Shown: in pieces, positions 36,458 to 46,697 of the stretch
Layout of the letters: the number at the start of each line of letters is the position of its first letter
Position numbering within the stretch: the first letter of the stretch is position 1
DNA from: an uncultured Gemmatimonadales bacterium
GTDB lineage: Bacteria > Gemmatimonadota > Gemmatimonadetes > Gemmatimonadales > Gemmatimonadaceae
Length of the DNA stretch: 64,000 nt
Direction: 5' to 3'
Assembly: GCA_963701965.1 (NCBI GenBank)
Contig: OY969695.1
Coordinates: 1,280,001 to 1,344,000, forward strand
Notes under the pieces: generated by a model
The model's input: the letters and a program-made list of their open reading frames with translations, nothing else
Databases searched by the model: none
Told to the model about the DNA's origin: nothing
Position numbers and translations under genes: made by a program

Positions 36458-37771
36458 GTGCTCGCCCGATTGCTCGTCATCGGTATGCTCGTGCTCCTCA
36501 ACGGGTTTTTCGTTGGCGCCGAGTTCGCGCTGGTGCGATCGCGGCGGACCCGATTGGAGGCGATGAGTCGCGGCGGAGACCGCCTCGCCGCGCTCGCCCT
36601 CCGCGCTACATCTAACATACCGTCGCTGCTCTCGGCCAGTCAGCTCGGCGTGACGCTCACCAGCCTGGGTCTGGGGTGGGTCGGCGAGTCCACGTTCACC
36701 ACGCTGGTCGGCGATACGCTGGACCGCCTGCCCATCGCGCTCCGGGTCTCGGTCCGGCTGACGATCGCCGCCGCCGTGGCGCTCTTCATCGTCACCTACC
36801 TGCACATCGTGTTCGGCGAGCTCACGCCGAAGGCCGCCGCCCTCCGGCACCCGGAGCGCCTCGCCCGCTGGTTCCTTCCCCCGCTCATGTTGTGGGCGGC
36901 GATGACATCCCCGTTCACCGCGACGCTCGTCCGCTCCGCCGAAATCGTGTTGCGACTCCTCGGCGCCCGCACCGAGACGCCAGCGGAAGACAGCGTCCAT
37001 TCGCCGGAAGAGCTCCGGCTGCTCGTCGAGCAGAGCCAGGAGCTGGGCGCGTTGGAACGCCAGGACGCGGCGCTCATCGAAGGGGTCTTCGAGTTCTCGG
37101 AGAAGAACGCGCGGGAGGTTATGACGCCCCGCACGGAGATCGTGGCGCTGCCGGTCGACGCCTCGCTTACCGAGACGCTCGCGGTCGTCAACGAGACGAG
37201 CTTCTCGCGCTACCCGGTCTACGAAGAAACGATCGACGACATCATCGGCATCGTCCTCGCCAAGGACCTGCTCAAGGTCGACCGCGACCGGCCCAATGCG
37301 TTCGCGCTGCGCGCGATCGTGCGCCACGTGCACGTCGTGCCGGGGTCACGGGAGGTCGAAGAAGTATTGTCGGACTTCAAGCGCCTGAAGGAGCACATGG
37401 CCATCGTGCTCGACGAGTACGGCGGCACCGCCGGCATCGTGACGATGGAAGATCTGCTGGAGGAGATCGTCGGCGAGATTCTGGATGAGTACGATGAATC
37501 GGCGCCGCCGGAGCCCGTCACCCAGCCCGGCGAGATCGTCGTGCCGGGCGGCACGAATATCGGGGAGTTGAATGACCGGTATGGGCTGACCGTGCCGGAC
37601 GAGGACTACACTACCGTCGGCGGCTACGTCTTCGGCGCGCTCGGCCGGCTGCCGGTGGTCGGGGACCGGGTCTCGGCCGGAGGCGCGACGTTCGTAGTGC
37701 GGGAGATGAACGGGCGGCGCATCGAGACGCTGGCCATGCTGGAGCGCCTCCCGCACGCCGCTAGGGAGTAG
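36458..37771 (+). CDS. Hemolysin-family CNNM/CBS/CorC-HlyC membrane protein
   Basis: [59 protein letters not shown]. Confidence 0.92.
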   Translation: MLARLLVIGMLVLLNGFFVGAEFALVRSRRTRLEAMSRGGDRLAALALRATSNIPSLLSASQLGVTLTSLGLGWVGESTFTTLVGDTLDRLPIALRVSVRLTIAAAVALFIVTYLHIVFGELTPKAAALRHPERLARWFLPPLMLWAAMTSPFTATLVRSAEIVLRLLGARTETPAEDSVHSPEELRLLVEQSQELGALERQDAALIEGVFEFSEKNAREVMTPRTEIVALPVDASLTETLAVVNETSFSRYPVYEETIDDIIGIVLAKDLLKVDRDRPNAFALRAIVRHVHVVPGSREVEEVLSDFKRLKEHMAIVLDEYGGTAGIVTMEDLLEEIVGEILDEYDESAPPEPVTQPGEIVVPGGTNIGELNDRYGLTVPDEDYTTVGGYVFGALGRLPVVGDRVSAGGATFVVREMNGRRIETLAMLERLPHAARE

Positions 37772-39317
37772 ACGTCGGCCCTCGGGCCAGCAACGCCGGC
37801 GCGTTGGCCAGCTCATAGGCGTTGACCGCCATGACGGTGGCCGCTTGCACGAGATCGTCGGGGACCGCGTGGTCGAACGTGTCGACCTGCGAGTGGTGTG
37901 TGTGATTGTAGCCCCGGGTCGCCTGGTCGTAATTGAAGGCGGGCACGCCGTACGGCAGAAACGACAGGTGATCCGTCCCGCCCTTGTTCTGCGACCGTAG
38001 CGCGAAGGGCCCGAGCCCGTCGACCGGGGCGAACAGCTGCTGCCAGGCGTCGTGCAGTTCGTCGCGGCCCTGCAGGGCCATGCCCGTGATGCGACCCGTG
38101 CCGTTGTCCAGCACGAGCACCGCCTGGTATTTGGGCAACTCCGCGGCATGACGGCTCGCGTAGTGCTGCGACCCGAGCAAGCCTTCCTCCTCGCCGGTAA
38201 ACAGGACGAACCGGATCGTGCGCGCGGGCCGGACCTTGCCCGCCGCCAGGATGCGCGCAGCCTCCAAGACGGTGATGGCGCCCGCCCCGTTGTCCGTCGT
38301 GCCGGAGCCCAAATCCCAGGAATCGAGGTGGGCGCCGAGCAGGACGACCTCGTCGGGATGCTGCCGCCCCCGGATCTCGGCGACGGTGTTGTATGCGGGG
38401 AGCGTGTCCACCGTGAGCGTATTCGTGATGTCGGCGCGGAGCGTGACGGTTTGCCCGGCCTGGCGCAACCGAGAGAACATCGCGTACGTCTCGTGGGGCA
38501 GCACGATGTGGGCGATCGGATCGGGGGCCAGCGGCGATCCGCTCATCGTGAGCAATGCGAAATCCTTGGCGCCGTCTTGGAGCATCCCGGCCGCGCCTTC
38601 GTCGGCCAGCAGCGTCGGCAGCTGCCGCAGGAGCGGCCGCTGGCGCTCGGCCTGCGCCGACCAGGCTTTGATCGCCGAGTCGGTGTGCAGGCTGTCGGCA
38701 TGGGACGCCGGGACATCGGGATTCGGCAGCGGGATCGGCGGACGCAGGAGCACCCAAGCGCCGGTCAGACGGCCGCCGTAGCGCTTCGTGAAGTCGGCTG
38801 GCGTGAGGACGCTGGTGTCGATTGCCTCGACGCGGCCGGTCACGGGCCCATTCGTGCCTGGCGCCCACGCCCAGGAGGCGCCCTCCAGCTGTTGGACGTG
38901 CGGCGCGACCATCGTGAGCGTCATGGGGCCGCGCTCCCAGCCTTGCCCGAAGACCCAGGATTCCGTCCAGGCACTGTCGACGCCGTATTCGCGAAACTTG
39001 TCCTCGGTCCAGGCGTTCGCCGTGCGCACGGCCGAGGACCCCGTGAGTCTGGGGCCGATGACATCGGAGAGGTACTGGAGATCCGCCCCAGCGTGCGAAT
39101 GGGTCTGGCCTTGCGCGATCAACGTGCGAATCGTGCCGCTGTCCACCGAGAGCGGGACGGCCGCCTGTGCCGGGAGTGGCTTGGCCGGCGCGGCCGGCGC
39201 GGCCGGCGCCGGCGGCGCATTGGCCGCGGCGGGCGCCGGGGGTGCCTGCGGCACCGACCGGATGCTGATGCATCCCGCGACGCACGCGGTCACGAGCACG
39301 AGGCGTGGCAGGGTCAT
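37761..39317 (-). CDS. M28 family exported peptidase (carboxypeptidase Q-like), probable lipoprotein
   Basis: VAGC lipobox; IGPRLTGS, LGAHLDSWD, DNGAG, GEEEGLLGS, TDHLSF, HHSQVD. Confidence 0.9.
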   Translation of the reverse strand: MTLPRLVLVTACVAGCISIRSVPQAPPAPAAANAPPAPAAPAAPAKPLPAQAAVPLSVDSGTIRTLIAQGQTHSHAGADLQYLSDVIGPRLTGSSAVRTANAWTEDKFREYGVDSAWTESWVFGQGWERGPMTLTMVAPHVQQLEGASWAWAPGTNGPVTGRVEAIDTSVLTPADFTKRYGGRLTGAWVLLRPPIPLPNPDVPASHADSLHTDSAIKAWSAQAERQRPLLRQLPTLLADEGAAGMLQDGAKDFALLTMSGSPLAPDPIAHIVLPHETYAMFSRLRQAGQTVTLRADITNTLTVDTLPAYNTVAEIRGRQHPDEVVLLGAHLDSWDLGSGTTDNGAGAITVLEAARILAAGKVRPARTIRFVLFTGEEEGLLGSQHYASRHAAELPKYQAVLVLDNGTGRITGMALQGRDELHDAWQQLFAPVDGLGPFALRSQNKGGTDHLSFLPYGVPAFNYDQATRGYNHTHHSQVDTFDHAVPDDLVQAATVMAVNAYELANAPALLARGPTSTP

Positions 39318-40219
39318 ATCGGGCTGAGCGTGCGGGTGGAAAGGCGCTCGGCAATGCGGGCGCAGAGGAGTATGGCGGCGATCGTGCTCGACGGGTCGGC
39401 CACGCCGCGGCCGGCAATGTCGAGCGCCGTCCCGTGGTCCGGCAATGTGCGGGGGAACGGGAGGCCCAAGGTGACGTTCACGGCTTCGCCGAAGGAAGCG
39501 ACCTTGATGGCCGTCATGCCCACGTCGTGGTACGGGGCAATGACGGCGTCGAACGCGCCCCGCAGCGCCCGGACGAAGACGGTGTCGGCGGGAAAGGGTC
39601 CGGCGATCCCCGTGGCGCGGGCGGCCGGCGTCAGGACGCGATCATCCTCGTCGCCAAACCGTCCGTGATCGCCGGCGTGCGGATTCAACGCGCAGAGCGC
39701 CAGCCGGGGCTCGGCAATGCCAAACCAACTGCGCAATCCGGCGCGCGCGATCTCCGCGGCCTCGCGGATCGCCTCGGCAGTGACGGCATCGGGCACGTCG
39801 CGGAGAGGGATGTGCGTCGTCGCCAGCACCACGCGCAGGCGGTCCGACGCGAGCATCATGGCGACCCGCGACGCGGTCAGGGAGGCCAGCATTTCCGTGT
39901 GGCCGGGAAAGTCGTATCCGCCGGCGCGCAGCGCGAATTTGTCCAGCGGCGCTGTGACAATGCCGGCCACATCTCCGGCCCGCGCCATCGCGACGGCGCG
40001 CTCAACCGCCAGCCCGCTCAAGAGGCCAGCCTCGGCGGCCGAGCCACCGGGCGGCCAATCGCCAACACTCAGGTCGACCGGCGTGCCGGTCCCCGTTGGC
40101 CCCACAACCACGAGATCAGCCGACGCGGTGACGGCGGCATCACGGCGGGCGGCAGCGACGACCTCGGGTCCGATGCCGCGGGGGTCGCCGAGGGTGATCG
40201 CGAGCCGCGGACGGGCCAA
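39314..40219 (-). CDS. pdxA: 4-hydroxythreonine-4-phosphate dehydrogenase
   Basis: ITLGDPRGIGPE, FPGHTE, LNPHAG, PYHD, NVTLGLPFPRTLPDHGTA. Confidence 0.95.
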   Translation of the reverse strand: MARPRLAITLGDPRGIGPEVVAAARRDAAVTASADLVVVGPTGTGTPVDLSVGDWPPGGSAAEAGLLSGLAVERAVAMARAGDVAGIVTAPLDKFALRAGGYDFPGHTEMLASLTASRVAMMLASDRLRVVLATTHIPLRDVPDAVTAEAIREAAEIARAGLRSWFGIAEPRLALCALNPHAGDHGRFGDEDDRVLTPAARATGIAGPFPADTVFVRALRGAFDAVIAPYHDVGMTAIKVASFGEAVNVTLGLPFPRTLPDHGTALDIAGRGVADPSSTIAAILLCARIAERLSTRTLSPI

Positions 40220-40224
40220 CGACG

Positions 40225-41853
40225 TTACCCGCTCTTCTGGGAAGGCGCGCCGGGCACGTCGAGGCGCACGGACACGTATGTGTCCTTGCGCAGGCCGTCG
40301 AGCAGCCGTCGAATCGAGCGCTCTTCCTGGAGCTGGGCCCGGATCGTTTGGCGGAGATCGCCGACCGTGTAATCGCCGCCCTCCTGCGTGTCGAGGATCT
40401 GCGCGATCACGAATTTCTGCGCCCCGCTCGTGCGGTCCGGGATCGGGAATGGGCCAATGTAGTCACTGCGCCCCTTCCCCAGGAAGGCTTGGGAATAGGT
40501 GGGTGGCAGCGAGTCGCGCGGGAAAGGCTGCAGGCTTCCCTTTTCCTCGTTCGGATCGTGGTAGCGGAGGACGAGGGTGTCGAAGTTGGCGCCGCCTTTC
40601 CAGGCGTTGAGGACGCTGTCGGCAATGAGCTTCGTGACCGCCAGCTGGCCCGAGTCGATCTTCCAGCGGACCAGGATGTGGGACGCTTTGACCTCGCCGG
40701 GACGGACGCGCTCGACCTTGATGATGTGAAATCCGAACGACGTCTCGACCACGGGACTCAATTGGCCGGGTGGCAGCGCGAACATCCAGCGGTCGAATTC
40801 GGGCACCATGTTGCCGCGACGGTTCCAACCGAGGTCTCCGCCAGTCTCGCGGGAGCCCGGATCCTCGGAGATGCGCTTGGCCAGTTCGGCAAAGTCAGCG
40901 CCGTGCTTGAGATCGTTGAGCACAGTGTCGGCCTTGGCGTGCGCCGCGGCTTTGGCGGCGGCCGACGGCTTTGGCGCGATCACGATCTGTCGGAACGTCA
41001 CCGAGGCCGGGCGTCGCGGCAGCTTGTCTTTGTTCTTCTCGAACGCCTCGGACACGTCCTGCTCGCTCACGTTCACCGGGATCAACTTCCCGTCCTGCTT
41101 GAGCTTGTCAATGACGCGCCGTTGGAGCTCACTGCGCTTGGCCTGCTCGACCAGACCCTTCCGGTACTCCTCGGGCGTGCCAAAGCCGGCCTTCTTGAGT
41201 TCGCTCTTGTACTCGGCGTCGCCGGAGAACTGGCTGCGGACGCGTTTGATCTGGTTGTCGACGCCGGACGCGACGTCCTCATCGGCCACGTCGACCTTGA
41301 GGTCCTTGGCCTTTTGGACCAACAGCTCCTGGTCGATCAGGTCGTTCGTAACTTCAGTGACGAGCGCGAACTGCCCGGTCGAGTCGTCGGGGATTTTAAG
41401 TCCCTGGGCGCGCCGGACATTGATGCTCTCCAGCACGCTGCTCCAGAGCACGGGCTGATCGCCGACAATGGCGACGACCCGCTCGAGGGGTATGCTCGGA
41501 CCGAGCGTCTCGGGCGCACCGGGCGGCCCCTTGGCGGGCTCGGCTGGAGTCGCCGTGGCAGGGGCGGCTGGGGCACCGGCGACCACCGGCGCGGGGGCGG
41601 CCGGAGCCGCTGCCCGCGCGGCGGGCGGCGGCGCGGTGGCGGGCGCCGGCGCGGCCTTGGCCTGCGCCGCGGGAATCGGGATCGCGACCGACGGAATCGT
41701 CTGGGTGATCACCGGCTTCGCGGCGGAGTCGTGCGCGGCGGCCGGCGCCGGGGTCGGCGGGGGCGGAGGCGGCGCGGGCTGCTGCGCCGCAGCCGTCGCG
41801 GCAAATGCCGCGACGGCCAGAGTGGGCGCGACGTACGTGAGGAATCGCATCAC
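40225..41853 (-). CDS. surA: SurA-like periplasmic chaperone/parvulin PPIase with Pro/Ala-rich N-terminal extension
   Basis: ERVVAIVG, FAELAKRISEDPGS...GGDLGW, VETSFGFHII; upstream of pdxA. Confidence 0.82.
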   Translation of the reverse strand: MMRFLTYVAPTLAVAAFAATAAAQQPAPPPPPPTPAPAAAHDSAAKPVITQTIPSVAIPIPAAQAKAAPAPATAPPPAARAAAPAAPAPVVAGAPAAPATATPAEPAKGPPGAPETLGPSIPLERVVAIVGDQPVLWSSVLESINVRRAQGLKIPDDSTGQFALVTEVTNDLIDQELLVQKAKDLKVDVADEDVASGVDNQIKRVRSQFSGDAEYKSELKKAGFGTPEEYRKGLVEQAKRSELQRRVIDKLKQDGKLIPVNVSEQDVSEAFEKNKDKLPRRPASVTFRQIVIAPKPSAAAKAAAHAKADTVLNDLKHGADFAELAKRISEDPGSRETGGDLGWNRRGNMVPEFDRWMFALPPGQLSPVVETSFGFHIIKVERVRPGEVKASHILVRWKIDSGQLAVTKLIADSVLNAWKGGANFDTLVLRYHDPNEEKGSLQPFPRDSLPPTYSQAFLGKGRSDYIGPFPIPDRTSGAQKFVIAQILDTQEGGDYTVGDLRQTIRAQLQEERSIRRLLDGLRKDTYVSVRLDVPGAPSQKSG

Positions 41854-41876
41854 TGTCGCATACCCGCGATATCGCG

Positions 41877-43370
41877 CTAGTGTTTCGGCCCGGTTCCGGG
41901 CGGCGGCGACTGGCTGGGCGCTCCCCCGGCCGGCGCGGGCGTCAGCCCCGGCAACGGCACCGCCAATGGCGGCTCGCTGGCCGACTTCGCCGAATCAGTC
42001 GACTTCCGCTCGGCCGTCGCCTTGGCGAGCGCCCGATCGATACCCGCTTCGTTGACCTGGTACTCGTACTTCGACCGCAGGATCTGCTCGATCGGCGTCG
42101 GCACGTCCACGAACCGTACGCCGGGCGTGCCGGACAGAAGCCGGTCCAGATACGTGTCCACGTGCGTCGCGGCGATCCGCTCGCGTTGGGGGACCGCTTT
42201 GGCGCTGTCCGCCAGCGCCTTCGGATCGACGCCCAGGGCTCCCCACGCGTTCACGATGAGCCCTTGGTAGCCCTTCTTGATGTCCGCCAGCTGCGACGAG
42301 TCGAGCGTGACCTTGGCGCTGTCCGCCGACCGGATCACCAGCTCATTCCGCACGAAGCTCTTGATGATCATCGGGATCTGCGAGTCCGGCACCGTCTGCG
42401 TGGTCAACTGCGTCCGCTGTTGCGCGGGGAACAGCGACAACCAGTGCGCCAGATCCGACGCCGAGAAATCGCCGTTGATCGACGTCGCCAGGACCGTCTT
42501 GTCCGACTTGTGCGCGTCAATGTCGGTGGCGACCGCCCGCGTTGTGACGACCGCGTTGGGCTTGACCGTGATCTTGCCCACCGAGTCGAGCTTGCCGAGG
42601 TAGGTGCTCTCCGCCGCTTGCTTCTGCTTCGCGCCCGCGATGCCGACCACCTGGTCCTTCACTTCGTCGTACGTCGGCCGGTAGATGATGTGATAGCCGA
42701 ACTGCGTCTTGATGACACCCGGCGCCACCTCGCCCGGCTTCGTGACCAGGAGCGCCTTCTCGAACTCGGGCACCATCTGCCCTTTCTGGAAGACCTTGAG
42801 ATCGCCGCCGTTGCGCGCCGAACCGGGATCCTGGCTGTTGTCCCTGGCCAGATCGGCGAAATTCGCCTTGGTCACCTTGGCGCGCAGCGCCTCGGCCTTC
42901 CGGCGCACCGAGTCCAGACCGGCCTTGGCCGTGTCCCCGCGCGGCGCCATCAGGAGGATATGCCGCGCCGACAGATAGTCGCCCGCCGCGTATTTCGCCT
43001 GATAGCCGGCCGTGTCCGATCCCATCTGCGTCTTGGTCAGCAGATCGAAGAACTTCCGCGCCCGCGCCGAGCCAATGACGGCCCACAAGGCTTGATCTTC
43101 GTCCTTTGGGGCCGTCAGCGAGTCGCCGCGCGCCGCCGCCCGGGCGATCAACTGGTAGTCAACCCAGAAATCCGCCAGCTGGTGCGCCAATTCCTTTTGC
43201 AGCGGCGCCTTGCTGTGGGCCAGCATCCCGGCCAGGCGCTCGACGGACAACTCCGTCGAGCCGGCGCGCGCCGCGACGTCGACATGCGTGGTCATCGCTT
43301 CGCTGAATCCGGAGCAGGCCGGAACAACCAGGACCACAATGAGCGGAACGAGTGCGGTACGACGTGTCAT
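41877..43370 (-). CDS. Parvulin-type peptidyl-prolyl isomerase lipoprotein
   Basis: VPAC lipobox, ARHILL, FADLARDNSQDPGS...GGDL, MVPEFE, TQFGYHII. Confidence 0.87.
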   Translation of the reverse strand: MTRRTALVPLIVVLVVPACSGFSEAMTTHVDVAARAGSTELSVERLAGMLAHSKAPLQKELAHQLADFWVDYQLIARAAARGDSLTAPKDEDQALWAVIGSARARKFFDLLTKTQMGSDTAGYQAKYAAGDYLSARHILLMAPRGDTAKAGLDSVRRKAEALRAKVTKANFADLARDNSQDPGSARNGGDLKVFQKGQMVPEFEKALLVTKPGEVAPGVIKTQFGYHIIYRPTYDEVKDQVVGIAGAKQKQAAESTYLGKLDSVGKITVKPNAVVTTRAVATDIDAHKSDKTVLATSINGDFSASDLAHWLSLFPAQQRTQLTTQTVPDSQIPMIIKSFVRNELVIRSADSAKVTLDSSQLADIKKGYQGLIVNAWGALGVDPKALADSAKAVPQRERIAATHVDTYLDRLLSGTPGVRFVDVPTPIEQILRSKYEYQVNEAGIDRALAKATAERKSTDSAKSASEPPLAVPLPGLTPAPAGGAPSQSPPPGTGPKH

Positions 43371-43396
43371 AACGGTTCAATGAGATCGGATGGGGA

Positions 43397-46300
43397 TCAC
43401 GGTGTGAGGCTGCGGAGAGCACGGACCACACCGTCCAATAGCTCAACGCCGCCCAAGCGCATCAGCTTGAGCGAGAGCGGTTGTGTGCGGCGAACGTCGG
43501 TCTGGAATTGAACGCCGTGGAACGCCGCCGACAGCCCCTTGAGCCGGGGAGCGGTATCCTGCCGAAACGTAATACGGGCCTCGTCACCACGCACAAGGAT
43601 ACCATCGATCCCCAAGGCGCCGCCGACGATCCGCAGTACCGCGACAGTAAAGAAAGCTTTGGCCGGGGGCGGCAACGGCCCGAACCGGTCGCGCACCTCG
43701 GCCTCCATCGCGTCGATCTCCGTGGGGCTATCCACGCGGGTAAGACGCCGGTAGACGTCGAGCTTGGCGTCCTGCGACGGGATGTAGGTATCGGGCAGGT
43801 GCGCTGGTGTATCCACTGACACATCGGTCGGCACCGGCCGGGGGGCGGCATCGCCGCGCTGCACCCGACGCACCTGTTCATCGAGCATACGCAGGTACAT
43901 GTCGAACCCGACGGCCTGCACGAACCCCGATTGCTCGGGGCCCAGGATGTTGCCAGCGCCGCGCAGCTCCATGTCCTTGAGCGCGACGCGATAGCCCGAG
44001 CCCAGCTCCGTGTGGTGCTCCAGCACCTGCAGCCGGCGCTCGGCATCGAGATCCACGCTGTCCGGCACCATCAGATAGCAGTAGGCGCGCCGGTGCGACC
44101 GCCCGACGCGCCCACGCAGCTGGTAGAGCTGGGCGAGCCCGAATTGGTCGGCCCGATTGACGAACATCGTATTGGCGTTCGGCACGTCGAGGCCCGACTC
44201 GACGATCATGGTCGACACCAGGACGTCGACCTCGCCGTTCACGAACCGCCGCATCACATCCTCGAGGTCGCGCTCCCGCATCTGCCCGTGCCCCACCGCC
44301 ACGCGCGCCCGCGGCACGAGGCGCTGCACGTGGTCGGCAATGGCGATGATCGTCTCGATGCGGTTGTGCACGAAAAACACCTGGCCCCCGCGATCCAGCT
44401 CCCGTCCGATCCCCTCTTCAATGAGGCCGTCATCGAACGGCTCGACGAACGTGAGTACCGGCGACCGGTCGCGCGGCGGCGTCTGCATGAGCGTCATGTC
44501 GCGGAGTCCGGCCAGCGACAGGTGCAGCGTGCGGGGAATCGGCGTCGCCGTCAGCGTCAGCACGTCGGTGTCGAGCCGCAGTTGCTTGAGCCGCTCCTTG
44601 TGCCGCACGCCGAACCGGTGCTCCTCATCGATCACGATGAGTCCCAGATCGGCGAAGGTGACGTCGGGGCTCAAGAGCCGGTGCGTGCCAATGATCACGT
44701 CGATCTTTTTCGCCTTGAGCTCGGCCAGCGCCTGCGCTTGTTCCTGCGCGGTCTGGAAACGGCTCAACGCCGCGACGCGAATGGGAAAATCCGCCAACCG
44801 GTCGCCGAACGTCCGCGTATGCTGATCGGCGAGGATCGTCGTCGGCACGAGCACCGCCACCTGCCGGCCCGACTGCACGGCTTTGAACGCCGCGCGCACC
44901 GCGATCTCCGTCTTGCCGTATCCCACGTCGCCCACGAGGAGACGGTCCATGGGGCGCGGCCGCTCCATGTCCGTCTTGACATCCGTGGTCGCCTTCCGCT
45001 GATCCGGCGTATCCTCGAAGAGAAACGACGACTCCAATTGGCGTTGCCACGCGCCGTCGGGTGCGTGCGGCGGCCGGTTGGCGACCTGGCGCCGCGCGTA
45101 GAGATCGAGCAGCTCCGCCGTCATCTCGCGAATGGCGGCTTTGGTCCGATCCCGCTGCTGGGCCCACCGGCGTCCGCCCAGCTTGTGGAGCCGGGGCACC
45201 GGGGCGTCGCCCGAGACGTCCGCCGCCGCGCGATAGCGCTCCAGCTGGTCGACGCGATAGAGCGGCACGTTGAGCCGGTCGCCCCCCTCGTACTCCACCA
45301 CCGCGACTTCGACGGTGCTCTCTTTCACGAAGATCGTCTCGATCCCGCGATAAATGCCGACGCCGTGCTCCAAATGGACGACATAGTCGCCCGGCTTGAG
45401 CGCCGTGATCGTCTCCAACGAGATCCCGCTGCCGTATTTCCGGGCCCGCCGGATCCGCCGCTCGCGCCGGAAGATCTCGTGGTCGGTGAGCACGCGGAGT
45501 CCGGCGCCGCCGTCCGCGCCCGGGCCAATGACGAACCCGCCATCGAGCACGCCCACCGCCAGCGTCGCCGGCGTGCCCGACGGCCGCCCGTCGGAGAGAA
45601 GCTCCTCGAGCCGCTCGGCCTGCCCCGCGTTGTCGCACAGGATCAGCGTCGGCACGCCGTCCCGAACGACGCGCGCCAGGCGCCCAATGTCGCGGTCGAT
45701 CGCTTCCGGCGGGCGCAGCGGAAACCCCAGGGCGCCGACGCCCTCCCGACCGACGTCCACTATCGTGCCGAACTTCCCGAGGGTGTGCAGCGCATCGCCC
45801 GGCGATTGATACAGCTCGTCGCGCGACGTCACGTCCTCGCCGCGCCGGCGCGCCAGGTCGATGTGATGCTGCGCCTCGTCCCACGTGCGCTTGAACTCGG
45901 GTTCGAGCGCCGTATCGCGGGGCGTGAAAAGGATGGTGTCGGGCGGCCACAGCTCGGCCAGCGTGATCCGCTCGAATTCGCCGGAGTCCTCGCCCACGCG
46001 GCCGTCGACGGGGAGCACGAGCGCCATCTCCGCGGCCCGCGTCGATCGCTGGCTGACGAGATCGAAGTGCCGCATCTCAATGATCTCGTCGCCCCAGAAC
46101 TCCAGGCGGACGGGATCCGCCATCCCGAAGCTGTAGATGTCGAAGATCCCGCCGCGCACACTGTACTGGGCGACGTCCTCGACCATCGGCACCCGCTCGA
46201 ATCCAATGCGGTCCAGATGCGCGGCCAGATCCTCGAGCCGGCGCTGGTCGTCGCCGGTCCGCAGCTCGAGCCGCGCGCCCTGGACCGCGCTGGCCAGCCG

Positions 46301-46696
46301 CGTGCGCTCCAGGACGGCGCGCGCCGTCGTCAACAACACGCGCACGCCGCCCCGCCCGACCCGCTCGAGGGTCTCGACGCGCTCTCCCGCGACCTCGGCG
46401 TGGGGCTCGGCTTCGCCCAACCCTTCGCGCGGCGGATAGAGCGCGATCGACGTCTCTCCCGTACCGGTCAGCGACTGGAGATCGGCCAGCCACCGCTCGG
46501 CCTCCGGCAACCCCTGCGTCACCACCGCAATGAAGCGGCCGGGCAGCCGGCGCGCCAGCGCCGCGACCAGCACCGCATCGCCGGAGCCGGCCAGGCCCGC
46601 GACCCGCTCCCGCGTCGCGGGGCCGGGCAAGGTATTGATAAGCTGGGTGAACGCGCTCAGATGCTCGACGGCGTCGAGCAGGAGGGGGAGTGCCAC
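43397..46696 (-). CDS. mfd: Transcription-repair coupling factor
   Basis: VRGGIFDIY, GDYVVHLEHGVGIY, MDRLLVGDVGYGKTE, DEEHRFG, TATPIPRTL, QLRGRVGRS. Start placed at GTG 46696. Confidence 0.97.
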   Translation of the reverse strand: MALPLLLDAVEHLSAFTQLINTLPGPATRERVAGLAGSGDAVLVAALARRLPGRFIAVVTQGLPEAERWLADLQSLTGTGETSIALYPPREGLGEAEPHAEVAGERVETLERVGRGGVRVLLTTARAVLERTRLASAVQGARLELRTGDDQRRLEDLAAHLDRIGFERVPMVEDVAQYSVRGGIFDIYSFGMADPVRLEFWGDEIIEMRHFDLVSQRSTRAAEMALVLPVDGRVGEDSGEFERITLAELWPPDTILFTPRDTALEPEFKRTWDEAQHHIDLARRRGEDVTSRDELYQSPGDALHTLGKFGTIVDVGREGVGALGFPLRPPEAIDRDIGRLARVVRDGVPTLILCDNAGQAERLEELLSDGRPSGTPATLAVGVLDGGFVIGPGADGGAGLRVLTDHEIFRRERRIRRARKYGSGISLETITALKPGDYVVHLEHGVGIYRGIETIFVKESTVEVAVVEYEGGDRLNVPLYRVDQLERYRAAADVSGDAPVPRLHKLGGRRWAQQRDRTKAAIREMTAELLDLYARRQVANRPPHAPDGAWQRQLESSFLFEDTPDQRKATTDVKTDMERPRPMDRLLVGDVGYGKTEIAVRAAFKAVQSGRQVAVLVPTTILADQHTRTFGDRLADFPIRVAALSRFQTAQEQAQALAELKAKKIDVIIGTHRLLSPDVTFADLGLIVIDEEHRFGVRHKERLKQLRLDTDVLTLTATPIPRTLHLSLAGLRDMTLMQTPPRDRSPVLTFVEPFDDGLIEEGIGRELDRGGQVFFVHNRIETIIAIADHVQRLVPRARVAVGHGQMRERDLEDVMRRFVNGEVDVLVSTMIVESGLDVPNANTMFVNRADQFGLAQLYQLRGRVGRSHRRAYCYLMVPDSVDLDAERRLQVLEHHTELGSGYRVALKDMELRGAGNILGPEQSGFVQAVGFDMYLRMLDEQVRRVQRGDAAPRPVPTDVSVDTPAHLPDTYIPSQDAKLDVYRRLTRVDSPTEIDAMEAEVRDRFGPLPPPAKAFFTVAVLRIVGGALGIDGILVRGDEARITFRQDTAPRLKGLSAAFHGVQFQTDVRRTQPLSLKLMRLGGVELLDGVVRALRSLTP

Positions 46697-46697
46697 G

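Noticed and set aside
41520..41800. GC-rich low-complexity stretch (also 39180-39250 and His codons at 36300-36375)
   Set aside because: Encodes Pro/Ala linkers or the CDF His-rich tail; ordinary coding low complexity.
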